A DNA stretch of 64,000 nucleotides from Candidatus Calditenuis fumarioli (GCA_030059665.1 JANVYR010000003.1:32001-96000); one strand, 5' to 3'; shown: positions 46,288 to 55,835, numbered from the stretch's first letter. Program-made: numbers and translations. Notes: a model not told the origin generated them from the letters alone.

Positions 46288-46878
46288 ATGAGGTACAGGT
46301 GCAGGAGCTGCGGAGCCACCTTCGCCTCGAGGGAGGCCCTCAGGGCCCACATCAGGTCCAAGCACCCGGTTTCCTACTACGCTCCGAGGATCGGGTACGT
46401 CTCGGCCTTGGTCCTGGTCGCTCTGGTGGGCGGGTATCTGGTCCTCGCGAGGGAGCCGCCGGCACAGGCCGTGGGTGCGCCGATATCCGGCATAGAGTGC
46501 TGGTCGATGGAGCAGGTCGCGTACCACGTCCACGCCAAACTCGAGGTCTACGTCAGGGGAGAGAGGAGGACGGTGCCGGCCAACATCGGCATCATCCCGA
46601 ACAGGTGCATGTACTGGCTCCACACCCATGACGCAACAGGCTGGATCCACGTCGAAGCTCCTAGGGAGATAAGGCCGACGCTGGGCCAGTTCTTCGACAT
46701 ATGGGGCCAGCCCCTGAGCCGCGAGAGGGTTCTCGACGTCGATCTCGTCTCCTCCGGTCTCGGGATGCGGGTTTACGTCGACGGCAAACCCTACGATGGC
46801 GACCCGAGGGAGATCGAGCTGATCGACATGAGGGAGATCGTTATAGACGTGGGTCCGCCCTTCGCGATCTCCGGTTAA
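46288..46878 (+). CDS. C2H2 zinc finger + TM + extracytoplasmic His-rich domain protein
   Basis: YRCRSCGATFASREALRAHIRSKH, TM, then C...HVH...C.YWLHTHD..GWIH. Start refined to ATG 46288. Confidence 0.85.
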   Translation: MRYRCRSCGATFASREALRAHIRSKHPVSYYAPRIGYVSALVLVALVGGYLVLAREPPAQAVGAPISGIECWSMEQVAYHVHAKLEVYVRGERRTVPANIGIIPNRCMYWLHTHDATGWIHVEAPREIRPTLGQFFDIWGQPLSRERVLDVDLVSSGLGMRVYVDGKPYDGDPREIELIDMREIVIDVGPPFAISG

Positions 46879-47117
46879 GCTGAGGCCCTCTCGAGGACCC
46901 TTTCGATGGCTGAGACCCAGCGGAGGAACGCGTTGACGGCCGCCCTCATCGCCACGGTGTCGTCCGCCTCGAAGTCCAGCACCAGCTCGTCTCCGTCGAG
47001 CGAGACCTGAACCCTCGACCTCTGGCCGGGGAGAACGCCGGACTCCGGGAGGAGAGCGCGGTAGATCGCATCAGAACTACCTGATCTGATCCGAACCCTC
47101 AGCGCGCAGGGATGCAT
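46875..47117 (-). CDS. KEOPS Pcc1-family protein (paralogue 2)
   Basis: IYRALLPE...LDFEADDTVAMRAAVNAFLRWV, directly downstream of rpl37ae. Confidence 0.88.
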   Translation of the reverse strand: MHPCALRVRIRSGSSDAIYRALLPESGVLPGQRSRVQVSLDGDELVLDFEADDTVAMRAAVNAFLRWVSAIERVLERASA

Positions 47118-47121
47118 TCCC

Positions 47122-47334
47122 TCAGACCGTTGGGGCCCAGGCTCCGCCCGCGAACTTGTGCCCGCACTTCCTGCACTGCCATATGCCGACCGCGACCCTC
47201 CTCACCGCTACCCTTCCGCACCTGGAGCACTGGTAGGTGGCGTACTGCGTCTTCTCGAGCTCCTCGACCCTCTTCCTCAGCCTAGCGCCGTACCTCGCGC
47301 CGAACCTCTTCGTCGTTCCCTCGCCGGCCCTCAT
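47122..47334 (-). CDS. rpl37ae: 50S ribosomal protein eL43 (L37Ae)
   Basis: RFGARYGARLRK...CSRCG...RVAVGIWQCRKCGHKFAGGAW. Confidence 0.96.
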   Translation of the reverse strand: MRAGEGTTKRFGARYGARLRKRVEELEKTQYATYQCSRCGRVAVRRVAVGIWQCRKCGHKFAGGAWAPTV

Positions 47335-47709
47335 CGCCCCATCGGCTCGCATGCCGGTTGAAAAACCTGTGACCTGCCACAGGAGCGGGTTCCCGCATGA
47401 GGTGCTATATTTTGGAGTTTTGTCTTCGATGGCCATCTTCGTGGACGTCGTAGCCCTGGTCTCGAGCCGCTTCGATCGCAGCAGAGAGGCGGTGAGGTTA
47501 AGGCGTTAGCCGTCCTGGAGTGGACGTTTTGCGGGGCCGCATTTTATGTTGCTAAACTTCTTCACGCTGTATTACCCCACCATCGTCTCGAAGGCGAAGT
47601 GCTCGGAGCTGAGGCAAAGGAGCGCCAACTGGAGAAGAGGATATCGAGCTGTAAGGAATTATGCCGCAAGGCGTCATTGAAGCCCATGCTCCACCACGTG
47701 ATTGTTGTC

Positions 47710-47794
47710 TGCGGGGGGTGGGATTCGAACCCACGAACCCCTACGGGACAGGGTCCTAAGCCCTGCGCCTTTGACCTGGCTCGGCCACCCCCGC
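47710..47794 (-). tRNA. tRNA-Leu(TAG), long variable arm, no intron, CCA not encoded
   Basis: Reverse complement GCGGGGG TG GCCGAGCCAGGTCAAAGGCG CAGGG CT TAG GA CCCTG TCCCGTAGGGGTTC GTGGG TTCGAAT CCCAC CCCCCGC A. Confidence 0.96.
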
Positions 47795-48225
47795 CCTCCT
47801 GTATCAAGCCTCGTCCTCACTAAAAATCCTCGACGCCCGAGAGGGCCTCCATCAAGGGGTGCTGGGCTCAGACCCCACTCCTGAGATCACCGGTTCAGTC
47901 GCGACGTTCAGTCATCATCGCCCGCATCAGAACGTCTCCCGGGCTCGAAATAAGAGTAGGTCAAAGGGCCTTATGAGTTGTGAAACGGGTTTGGGTCTAG
48001 GTCCTGGGATGATGGGAACGATCGGAGAAGCAAACCAAGAACGTCTCGATTGGAAGCTGAAGGAGAAGGCCCCTTGAGCTGTACAGAAGACTCGAGAAGA
48101 TTTCAGAGCTACCGAGGTCACAGGGAACGACAGTAGACTTCCACCAGAAGAGGCCAGCGATGGATTTCACCCATGGATTCCGACGGTAGCTCAGATCGAA
48201 AACGGAGAACTGAGAGCCCAGGTGG

Positions 48226-49608
48226 CTACGCACCGAGCAGCGCGTTGCCGATCAGCCATAGCAGCGCTACAGCTGAGGTGGGCAGAACCCCTATCAGTAT
48301 CCCCGGCTTGATCCACTCCTTGAAGGTAATGTGGACGAGCTTCTGGCGCTCTGCCATTCCAACGGCCACGATGTTCGCGGTGCTCCCTATCAGCGTCAGG
48401 TTACCCATGTAGGTCCCTGCCTTGAGCATCGTCCACCAGAGGTACCTCGTGTCGAGGCCTGCAGCGCCCATCTCCTGCACTACAGGTACCCAGAAGGCAA
48501 CGGCCAGGACGTTGTCCATGAAGGCCGACATGAGGCCCGTCACGACGTAGAAAGAGGGGAGCGTAACCACCGGATTGGAGCCGAAGACGCCACCTAAGGC
48601 GTCGGCGATGAACTTCGTCACGCCGGTGTAATGCAGGGTTCCCACCGAGGCGAAGAAGAGCATGAAGAACGTGAGCGTCCACCAGTCAACCCTCTTCTCC
48701 ACCAGCTCCCTCGCCCTCGGTCCCTCGATGAGCAGGACGACGCCCGCCCCTATCATGGCCACGCCGATCAGCATCGTGTTCTTCTTCAATCCCAACAGCG
48801 CCTCAATCTGCGCGTGAAGGACGAGTCCCGCTATGACGCCTAGGAAGACGAGCGCGGCTGTCCTGTCGATCCTCGAACGCTCCTCACCGTCTCGCGCGGC
48901 CTCCTCTACGACCTCCCTTTTCATCCCATCGTTCAGCTTGGCGAAGAAGTCCCTGAAGTACGCCGAGGACGTGAGGACCACCGCAACCGTGGCCAGCGCA
49001 GCGGCGGGCGCCGAGTACCTCAGGAAGTCCGAGAAGCCGTAGCCCGAGTTCAGCGCGATCAGGACGCCGATGGGGTTGCCGACGACGGTGGCGCTGCTTC
49101 CGATGTTTGTGGCGAAGACGGTCATCAGCAGCAACGGCGTCAGGGGGAGCTGGAACCTGGCCGCGAGCGAGATGCCCGTGGACATCATGAAGAGTATCGA
49201 GGTGACCTCATCCACCAGCGCGGCGGATAATGCAGCCATGCCGAGGAAGACGAACATCAGCCTGAGCGCGCTGCCCCTTCCTATTCCCAGCACCCTGTCC
49301 ACCACCACCTCGAAGAACCTCCGCTCCTCGAGGAACCCTATCACGATCATCATGCAGATCAGGAAGACGATCACGTCCAGCGAGGAGAACTCGATGAAGG
49401 TCGGAACGTCGATGAGCCTTGCGGCCATCAGCATCGAGACGCCGACGAGCGCGAAGGCGAGCCTGAAGCGCCAGAAGAGGAGTGTGCCGCCGATGATGCC
49501 GGTGAAGACGCCGACCGCTACCGACTGCTGCGGGCTCAGCCCGGCCGCCAGCGATAACGCCAGGCTCCCGACCGGTATGATTGGGTAAGCGAGGGCTTTG
49601 CGGTCCAC
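48226..49608 (-). CDS. ArsB/NhaD (SLC13/CitMHS-like) ion-transporter-superfamily permease
   Basis: SAALVDEVTS, ATNIGSSATVVGNP, LMSAFMDNV, GNLTLIGSTANIV, about 12 TM helices. Confidence 0.9.
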   Translation of the reverse strand: MDRKALAYPIIPVGSLALSLAAGLSPQQSVAVGVFTGIIGGTLLFWRFRLAFALVGVSMLMAARLIDVPTFIEFSSLDVIVFLICMMIVIGFLEERRFFEVVVDRVLGIGRGSALRLMFVFLGMAALSAALVDEVTSILFMMSTGISLAARFQLPLTPLLLMTVFATNIGSSATVVGNPIGVLIALNSGYGFSDFLRYSAPAAALATVAVVLTSSAYFRDFFAKLNDGMKREVVEEAARDGEERSRIDRTAALVFLGVIAGLVLHAQIEALLGLKKNTMLIGVAMIGAGVVLLIEGPRARELVEKRVDWWTLTFFMLFFASVGTLHYTGVTKFIADALGGVFGSNPVVTLPSFYVVTGLMSAFMDNVLAVAFWVPVVQEMGAAGLDTRYLWWTMLKAGTYMGNLTLIGSTANIVAVGMAERQKLVHITFKEWIKPGILIGVLPTSAVALLWLIGNALLGA

Positions 49609-49674
49609 ACTCTATCACCCGCTTTGCTCCTGCAACAGGTCCGGGAGTAAAAAACGTTGTATCGCTGTGCGAGG

Positions 49675-52251
49675 TCACGTGAAGAACTGCTCGAGGCTCC
49701 CGACACCGATCACTGCGTCGAAGTCGAGGTCGAGGCTGTCGAGGACCTGCTCGAATGTCGAGCGCATGTACTCGATGTACTTGTCGACGTCGATCCTGTC
49801 CTTGCTCACCCTGACCTTGGGATGGAGCGGCGCTACGCCGATCTTGTCGTTGGTCCTGACGTACCTGATGATGTCGCCCGAGGTCACGTGGACCCCGTGC
49901 TGCTTCAGGATGTTGGCGGCCTTTACGTGCGGAGGGGTCGTCTCGGTGTAGCTCTCGGGCTGCTTGGAGAGCATCACGGCGAACGCCAGCTCCTCCAGCT
50001 CGAACTCCCTGTTCTTCAGCCTCCTGTACCAGCCCCTGATCAGCTCGGAGATGTGCTTTTTCGCCCGCTCGAGGTCCTCTGGGCTCCTGACCTTCTTCAG
50101 CTCCTCCAGCATCGAGTTGAACGCCTCCCTGATGAACTCGGGGATGTGGCGCTTCTTTCCCGTGAGGCCCTTGACGTCCACCACACCCTTTGTGGTCAGG
50201 CCGAGGTAGTTCTTCTTCCGGGAGGAGAAGACGACGTAGACGTACTCCTTGTCCGGCTCCAGGTCGAGACCAAGGTCGGTGGCGGCCCATCTGATCAGCT
50301 CGGAGAGGACTTTCTCGTCTGCGCCCTTGAGGAAGAGCGAGTCGGTGTCGCCGTATACGACGGTCGCTCCCAGCTCCCGGACCTTCTCGATCGCCGCCTT
50401 GAAGACGTAGCGCCCTATGGCAGCCGTGCTCTCGGCGAGGGGAGGGCAGTAAAGCGGGAACTCCTCGAAGCCGAAGACCCCGTAGGACGCGTTCAGGAAG
50501 ACCTTGATGGCCTTCTGGACCACGTCGTACCAGGCCCTGAGGTCCTCCGGGAGGGACCGGTCTGAGCTCCTCGGTTTGTACAGACCGACCCTGACGGCCC
50601 TCAGCGCTCCTATCACGGCGCTCTGGAGGCCCCTGTTCCTCTTGCAGACCCAGTGGGTCGTCTCGGGGACCACGTTGCTCTTGCACTCCTCATGCGGGCA
50701 CCTTATGGTCTCGTAGCTGAGGTTCCACCTGTCCAGGGCCGACGGGTACAGCGAGGCGAAGTCCACGACCTTAACGTCGAAGTGGATGCCCGGTATGGGG
50801 TCGACCACGATGGCTCCGCGGTACTTCTTCCCCTCTATCACGGCCTTCGTGACGGTCCCGCCCTTCACCTCGACGATCTCCTGCTGCGTCGGGATCAGCC
50901 ACCCCCTCTTCCTGTGCTCGAAGTAGAGCAGGTTCTTGATCCAGCCGGAGACCCCGTGACGGCACAGGTCCTCGAGCGGAAGCCTGCTGATCCGTGAGAG
51001 CACGATCATTAACCTCAGCACAAGCCTGTTGTTGAAGGTCAGTAGCTCGTAGGTGAGCTCTGCGTCGTTCATGCAGTACTCCGCAAGCCTCTCCAGCGAG
51101 AGCGAACCTATCGGCTCCTCGATCTGGACCTTGCCCCTGTTCAGCACGGCCTGCGCGATGCCGTCAAGCGTGAACTCCCTGTACCTGTTGTCGAAGGCGT
51201 AAATCTGGATGGACTTGTTCGAGAAGAACGAGTAGAGGTCGACGTGGGCTGCCCTGACGAAGGTTGCCCCCTCCCTCCCCAAAACTATCGGGTTCTGGTC
51301 GTCAGGTATGCCGAGCCTCTTCGCGCGGTTGTGCAGGTACGGCAGGTCGAAGTCGTCACCGTTGAAGGTGGCCACGACCGCATACTCTCCGTCGAGGACC
51401 GCGAAGACCTCCTCGAGCATCTCCTTCTCGGAGCTGTGGACGATCATCCTGTAGCCGTCCTTCTCCCGCTCGGTCCGCTCGGTCTGGCCGTTGTTGGCGA
51501 GGAGGTGGATGTCCCTCCGTCCGTCGGAGCCCCTGACGGCTATCGCCACCACCTTGTCCTCCGCCTTGCTCGGGCTCGGGACCCTCGTGGCAACCGGTGC
51601 GGCCACCTCGATGTCGATCGCGCAGACCGGCAGGTCGGGCTGCTCCGCCTCCAGCAGCTTGATCCACTCGGCCACCAGCTCGACGTCCTCTCGCCTGACG
51701 CCCTTCAGGCCCGAAGCTATCCTGATCGCCTCCTCATCGCTCAGGACCCTGAGAACCAATCTGCCGTCATCGCCCTTGACGTATGGAGACCCGGTTATCA
51801 GACCCGAGTCGATCAGGTAGTTCAGGTGGTACGGTATGTCTGCCTCCCAGCACCGGAACCTCTCCCGGACCGAGTTGGCCCTTCCACCGATCGTCAGGGG
51901 GTCCTTCGCGATCACCTTGGTCACCTCAACCTCCCTCTGCCTCAGCGCGTCGAACTTCCTCACCCGCTCGACGCCCGCTATTCGGTCGGCGATGTCCCTC
52001 AGCTGGTACCTCACCGTCTCCTCGTCGAGGTCCGTGAAGCAGTAGGGAAGGTGGCCCGTCTCGTCGTAGAGGAGCTCGACCTTCCTGGTCCTGGTGTTGA
52101 AGAGCTTCAGGTAGGCCTTCCCGCTTTTGCCGTCGTAACCGGCCGAGAGCAGGTAGTAGACCTCGGATTCGGCGCTGCCCTCCGAACGCCCCGAGGAGGC
52201 CTGCCGCTGGTTCCCCTCAACCCCGAGCGCCTGGAAGAGCGTCAGCTGCAT
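49675..52251 (-). CDS. polB1: Family B DNA polymerase PolB1
   Basis: MQLTLF N-terminus, exonuclease AIDIEV/FNGDDFD/YCMNDA, DFASLYP, KVFLNASYG, YGDTDS, KKNY. Confidence 0.95.
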   Translation of the reverse strand: MQLTLFQALGVEGNQRQASSGRSEGSAESEVYYLLSAGYDGKSGKAYLKLFNTRTRKVELLYDETGHLPYCFTDLDEETVRYQLRDIADRIAGVERVRKFDALRQREVEVTKVIAKDPLTIGGRANSVRERFRCWEADIPYHLNYLIDSGLITGSPYVKGDDGRLVLRVLSDEEAIRIASGLKGVRREDVELVAEWIKLLEAEQPDLPVCAIDIEVAAPVATRVPSPSKAEDKVVAIAVRGSDGRRDIHLLANNGQTERTEREKDGYRMIVHSSEKEMLEEVFAVLDGEYAVVATFNGDDFDLPYLHNRAKRLGIPDDQNPIVLGREGATFVRAAHVDLYSFFSNKSIQIYAFDNRYREFTLDGIAQAVLNRGKVQIEEPIGSLSLERLAEYCMNDAELTYELLTFNNRLVLRLMIVLSRISRLPLEDLCRHGVSGWIKNLLYFEHRKRGWLIPTQQEIVEVKGGTVTKAVIEGKKYRGAIVVDPIPGIHFDVKVVDFASLYPSALDRWNLSYETIRCPHEECKSNVVPETTHWVCKRNRGLQSAVIGALRAVRVGLYKPRSSDRSLPEDLRAWYDVVQKAIKVFLNASYGVFGFEEFPLYCPPLAESTAAIGRYVFKAAIEKVRELGATVVYGDTDSLFLKGADEKVLSELIRWAATDLGLDLEPDKEYVYVVFSSRKKNYLGLTTKGVVDVKGLTGKKRHIPEFIREAFNSMLEELKKVRSPEDLERAKKHISELIRGWYRRLKNREFELEELAFAVMLSKQPESYTETTPPHVKAANILKQHGVHVTSGDIIRYVRTNDKIGVAPLHPKVRVSKDRIDVDKYIEYMRSTFEQVLDSLDLDFDAVIGVGSLEQFFT

Positions 52252-52366
52252 CCGACGATACGGTGCCCTCAGCCTGTAAAAGGTTATCGGGGCGATGCGG
52301 GCGTGGACGTACCGTAGCGGTACGCCCCTGCATGGATTTTATAAAACGCGGTGGTGGGAGGGAAGG

Positions 52367-54625
52367 ATGTCAGACCGGGGGGCCCTCGCGCTCATCCTAA
52401 TCTCAGGCCTTGCGGTGAGGTTGGCGGTCGCGCCCTTCACGGGCCACTCGTGGGACGTCTACGTCTGGATCAAGTCGGCCGAGCTCTTCAACGCCGGTTT
52501 CTGGAACGTCTACCGGGTCTCGGAGGTCCCATCGTTCCCCTGGGGGTTCTACAGCTACCCGCCAGTTTGGCTTCTCATCACCTCGGCCGCCTACGCCCTT
52601 GCCGGAGGAACGTCAGGTGGGCTCGAGAGGCTCGTCCTCGCGATCAAGCTGCCGATCGTCATCGCCGACGTCCTCGTGGCCCTCTGGGTCTACCGGATCG
52701 CTGGGCTCGTTGGCGTCAGAGGAAGGAGAAGGACGCTCGCATGCGCAGCCTACGCCCTCAACCCGCTTCCCGTCTTCATCTCGGGCGTCTGGGGGATGTT
52801 CGACCCGATTGCGACGCTTTTCGGGCTGGTGGGGATCGAGCTCCTGATCAGGCGTCACCCCCTCGCTGCAGGGGTCTCGGTGGGCGCAGGCGCAGCCACC
52901 AAGCTCTTCCCTGGACTGATCGTCCCGCTCGGTTTGCTCTGGATCAGAAAGACCTCCGGAGGTTCGTGGAGACGGGACGCCCTGAGGTTACTCGCTGGCT
53001 CGGTCACGGTTCCACTTGCCGTCTCGCTGCCGTACCTGCTGGTCGACCCGCAGGCGTACCTGGAGAAGCTGTTCCTTCACACCAGGAACGTCGGGCAGTT
53101 CACCTACTGGACGCTGCTGACCCCGCTAACGGGGACCACCGCGGCATCGATCGCGTCCCTCTCCCTCTTCGCCGCGGCATACGCGCTCCTGCTCAGGAGG
53201 TTCTCGAGAGAGGAGGGGAGCGATCACGAGACGCTGGTGTACTACTCCGCGGCCGTGACCGGTGCGTTCCTCGCTACCTCGCTGAAGGTGAACGTCCAGT
53301 ACCTGCTCTGGTTCCTGCCGCTGGTGATCCCAGTAATAGCGCTGCAGAGGAGGAGCTCCTGGAGGGAGCTAGCTACCGCGGTCGTAGCGCTCGAGGGAGC
53401 TGCGATGCTCTTCCTCGTTTACACCAACGCGGTCACGCCTTTCTCGCTTGACCACCTAGGAGCAGTGGCACCACCGGCGGTGAGGGAGGAGTCGGCAACG
53501 GGGCTCTTGCTGGTCGCCTCGTCGCTGATCGCGGGCTGGCAGCTGCTCCGCATCGGGATCGCCCTCATCAAACCGGGCCTCGACAGAGAGCTGATAGGGC
53601 GTTTCGGGGTCTCCTCGATACTTCTGCTGCTGGCGACGTCGCTGGTCGTGATGCCCACGCCGAACGGCGTCGTCCTGAGGTGCGGAAACGAGAGGATCGC
53701 GGTCCTGGAGGGCCCTGACTCGTTGCTCAACCCCGACGGAACCCTCGAAGCCCCACTGCTCAGGCGTCTCGGGTCGCCCACGTCGGTCGTCATACCCCTC
53801 AGCCTGGATTACTTCCTCCTGAGGAGGGAAAGGGAGCGGGTCGAGGTCAACGAGTTCCTGCTCTTCAGGCTCGGCAGCAGGCCATGGTCCTCCGATGACC
53901 TGAGGGAGACGGCGGAATCGCTCAGGAGGATGGGCATCAGGCCTCTGGTGGGGGTCTTCGCCTACAAGGGTGAGGTCCTGATATCGTACGGGGTTCAGGG
54001 CTTCAGCACCGAGCTCCTCGAGTCCGAGTTCCCGGAGGCGCTGTATGGCGATGTCGTGGACTTCAGCAGAGAGGTTGGGTCGGGCGTGAGGCTGGCGGAC
54101 CTCGTGGCGGAAGGCGTAGCGCGGGCGGTCAGGGAGGACGGCTTCGAAGGCGTTTACGTGATGACCGAGCTCTACCGGAGCGACAGGAGGGTCCGGAGCA
54201 ACCCGAGCGTGGTGGAGCTCCTCGCCGCGATCAGGGAGAGGCTGGGAAACGGCAAGACGCTGATCCTGGACGGCGTCGACGCCTTCGAGCTCGACGAGCG
54301 GCTGCTGGCAGGGGCCGTCAGGTACGCGGACCTCGTGGTCCTGAGGACTTCGCCCTGGTTCAGGAGCTTCAGGAGCTACCGGGTGGACAATCCTGACATC
54401 CAGCAGATCTACGAGAGGGTGAGCTCGATCGTCAACATCGTCGGGAAGGAGAAGCTCGCCTACGCGCTCTACATCGGCAGCTTCTCTGAGGGCTGGGTCG
54501 TCCCGGCAGTTCAGGTCCAGACGGAGACGGACGCTATGGGCAGGGCCCTCGACTCGTGCTCGCTGGTCTACGTGGGAAGGTTCGTCCCGTACCGCCTCTC
54601 GGCACCCGCGGCTCCACCGACTTAG
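52367..54625 (+). CDS. GT-C-fold glycosyltransferase (DUF2029/GT87/PIG-M-like) fused to a C-terminal extracytoplasmic alpha/beta domain
   Basis: GHSWDV, YSYPP, IKLPIVIAD, YALNP, WGMFD, ATKLFP, QYLLW across about 12 TM helices, followed by about 300 soluble residues. Confidence 0.8.
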   Translation: MSDRGALALILISGLAVRLAVAPFTGHSWDVYVWIKSAELFNAGFWNVYRVSEVPSFPWGFYSYPPVWLLITSAAYALAGGTSGGLERLVLAIKLPIVIADVLVALWVYRIAGLVGVRGRRRTLACAAYALNPLPVFISGVWGMFDPIATLFGLVGIELLIRRHPLAAGVSVGAGAATKLFPGLIVPLGLLWIRKTSGGSWRRDALRLLAGSVTVPLAVSLPYLLVDPQAYLEKLFLHTRNVGQFTYWTLLTPLTGTTAASIASLSLFAAAYALLLRRFSREEGSDHETLVYYSAAVTGAFLATSLKVNVQYLLWFLPLVIPVIALQRRSSWRELATAVVALEGAAMLFLVYTNAVTPFSLDHLGAVAPPAVREESATGLLLVASSLIAGWQLLRIGIALIKPGLDRELIGRFGVSSILLLLATSLVVMPTPNGVVLRCGNERIAVLEGPDSLLNPDGTLEAPLLRRLGSPTSVVIPLSLDYFLLRRERERVEVNEFLLFRLGSRPWSSDDLRETAESLRRMGIRPLVGVFAYKGEVLISYGVQGFSTELLESEFPEALYGDVVDFSREVGSGVRLADLVAEGVARAVREDGFEGVYVMTELYRSDRRVRSNPSVVELLAAIRERLGNGKTLILDGVDAFELDERLLAGAVRYADLVVLRTSPWFRSFRSYRVDNPDIQQIYERVSSIVNIVGKEKLAYALYIGSFSEGWVVPAVQVQTETDAMGRALDSCSLVYVGRFVPYRLSAPAAPPT

Positions 54626-54658
54626 CGCGCGGTTGGTTTTAATAACGACCGACGGGCA

Positions 54659-55291
54659 GTGAGCGGGGAACCGGCGATGCTGGAGACCTGGCAGCCGAGA
54701 ACGAAGGTGGGCCAGCTGGTGAAGTCGGGCAAAATCAACTCGATCGAGGAGCTCTTCTCCAACCAGTACAGGATCACCGAGCCGGAGATCGTCGACTACC
54801 TCATCCCCAACATCGAGCAGGAGGTGATAGACATCCAGATAGTCCAGCGCCAGACCGATGCGGGCGAGCGCTCCAGCTACCGTGCCATCGTTGCGGTTGG
54901 GAACAGGGACGGATGCGTGGGGCTCGGAGTGGGGAAGTCGACCCAGGTCGTGATGGCGATCGAGAAGGCCGCGATGAAGGCGAAGATGAACCTGACCTAC
55001 GTGGTGAGGGGCTGCGGGAGCTGGGAGTGCGCGTGCGGTGAGCCCCACAGCCTCCTCTACCGCACCGTCGGGAAGTACGGGAGCGTCCGCATCGAGATCC
55101 TTCCGGGGCCCAGAGGGCTCGGGCTGGTGGCCGGAGACGTGGCCAAGACGATACTGCGCCTCGCGGGCATAAGCGACTGCTGGACCAGGACCTTCGGCGA
55201 GACCAGGACTCCTCTCAGCATGTCAGGGGCGACCTACATGGCCCTGAAGAACACGCTCAAGTTCGTAATCCCGGCCCAGTGGAGGACGTGA
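54659..55291 (+). CDS. rps5: 30S ribosomal protein uS5
   Basis: WQPRTKVG, RQTDAGE, GSWECACG, PRGLGLVAG. Confidence 0.97.
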   Translation: MSGEPAMLETWQPRTKVGQLVKSGKINSIEELFSNQYRITEPEIVDYLIPNIEQEVIDIQIVQRQTDAGERSSYRAIVAVGNRDGCVGLGVGKSTQVVMAIEKAAMKAKMNLTYVVRGCGSWECACGEPHSLLYRTVGKYGSVRIEILPGPRGLGLVAGDVAKTILRLAGISDCWTRTFGETRTPLSMSGATYMALKNTLKFVIPAQWRT

Positions 55292-55301
55292 GGTGGGTGG
55301 G

Positions 55302-55781
55302 ATGTCCGAGGAGCCCAGGTGCCTGCTCGTGGTGAGGCTCAGGGGTCCGTCGGGGACGAGCGAGGAGATCGAGTACTCCCTCAGGCTCATCCGGCTGAAG
55401 CGCAGCAACTGGGCCACGCTGGTGAGGAACGAACCATCGCAGTTGGGCCTGCTGCGGAAGGTGGCTCCCTACGTCACCTGGGGTGAGCCCGACCCGAAGG
55501 TCCTCGCGGCCGTCTTGGAGAAGAGGGCGGAGACCTGGAACGGCGTCCCGAAGGAGAAGGCGTATGAGGAGCTGGGGTGCAGGGACGCGCTGGAGCTCGC
55601 CACGAAGGTCTGCAGCGGCGAGATCGACCTCAAGGCACTGTGGTTCCGCTTCAAGCCCTACTTCAGGCTCCACCCGCCGAAGGGAGGGCTGAAGAGGAGC
55701 ATCAAGAGGTTCTACGGCGACAAGGGAGAGGCCGGGTACAGGGGACCGGCCATCAACGACCTCGTGATCAGGATGGTCTGA
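55302..55781 (+). CDS. rpl30: 50S ribosomal protein uL30 (archaeal long form)
   Basis: VVRLRG, LHPPKGG, GYRGPAINDLVIRM. Confidence 0.95.
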   Translation: MSEEPRCLLVVRLRGPSGTSEEIEYSLRLIRLKRSNWATLVRNEPSQLGLLRKVAPYVTWGEPDPKVLAAVLEKRAETWNGVPKEKAYEELGCRDALELATKVCSGEIDLKALWFRFKPYFRLHPPKGGLKRSIKRFYGDKGEAGYRGPAINDLVIRMV

Positions 55782-55835
55782 GACCCACAACCCAACGGAG
55801 CAAGCTTATCACCGCCGCAAGCGTAGGACTTCCTG

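Noticed and set aside
47710-47740. attL/attR duplication of the tRNA-Leu 3' end bounding the cupredoxin cluster
   Set aside because: No second copy was seen, and the core genes pcc1 and rpl37ae lie between the tRNA and the cluster.
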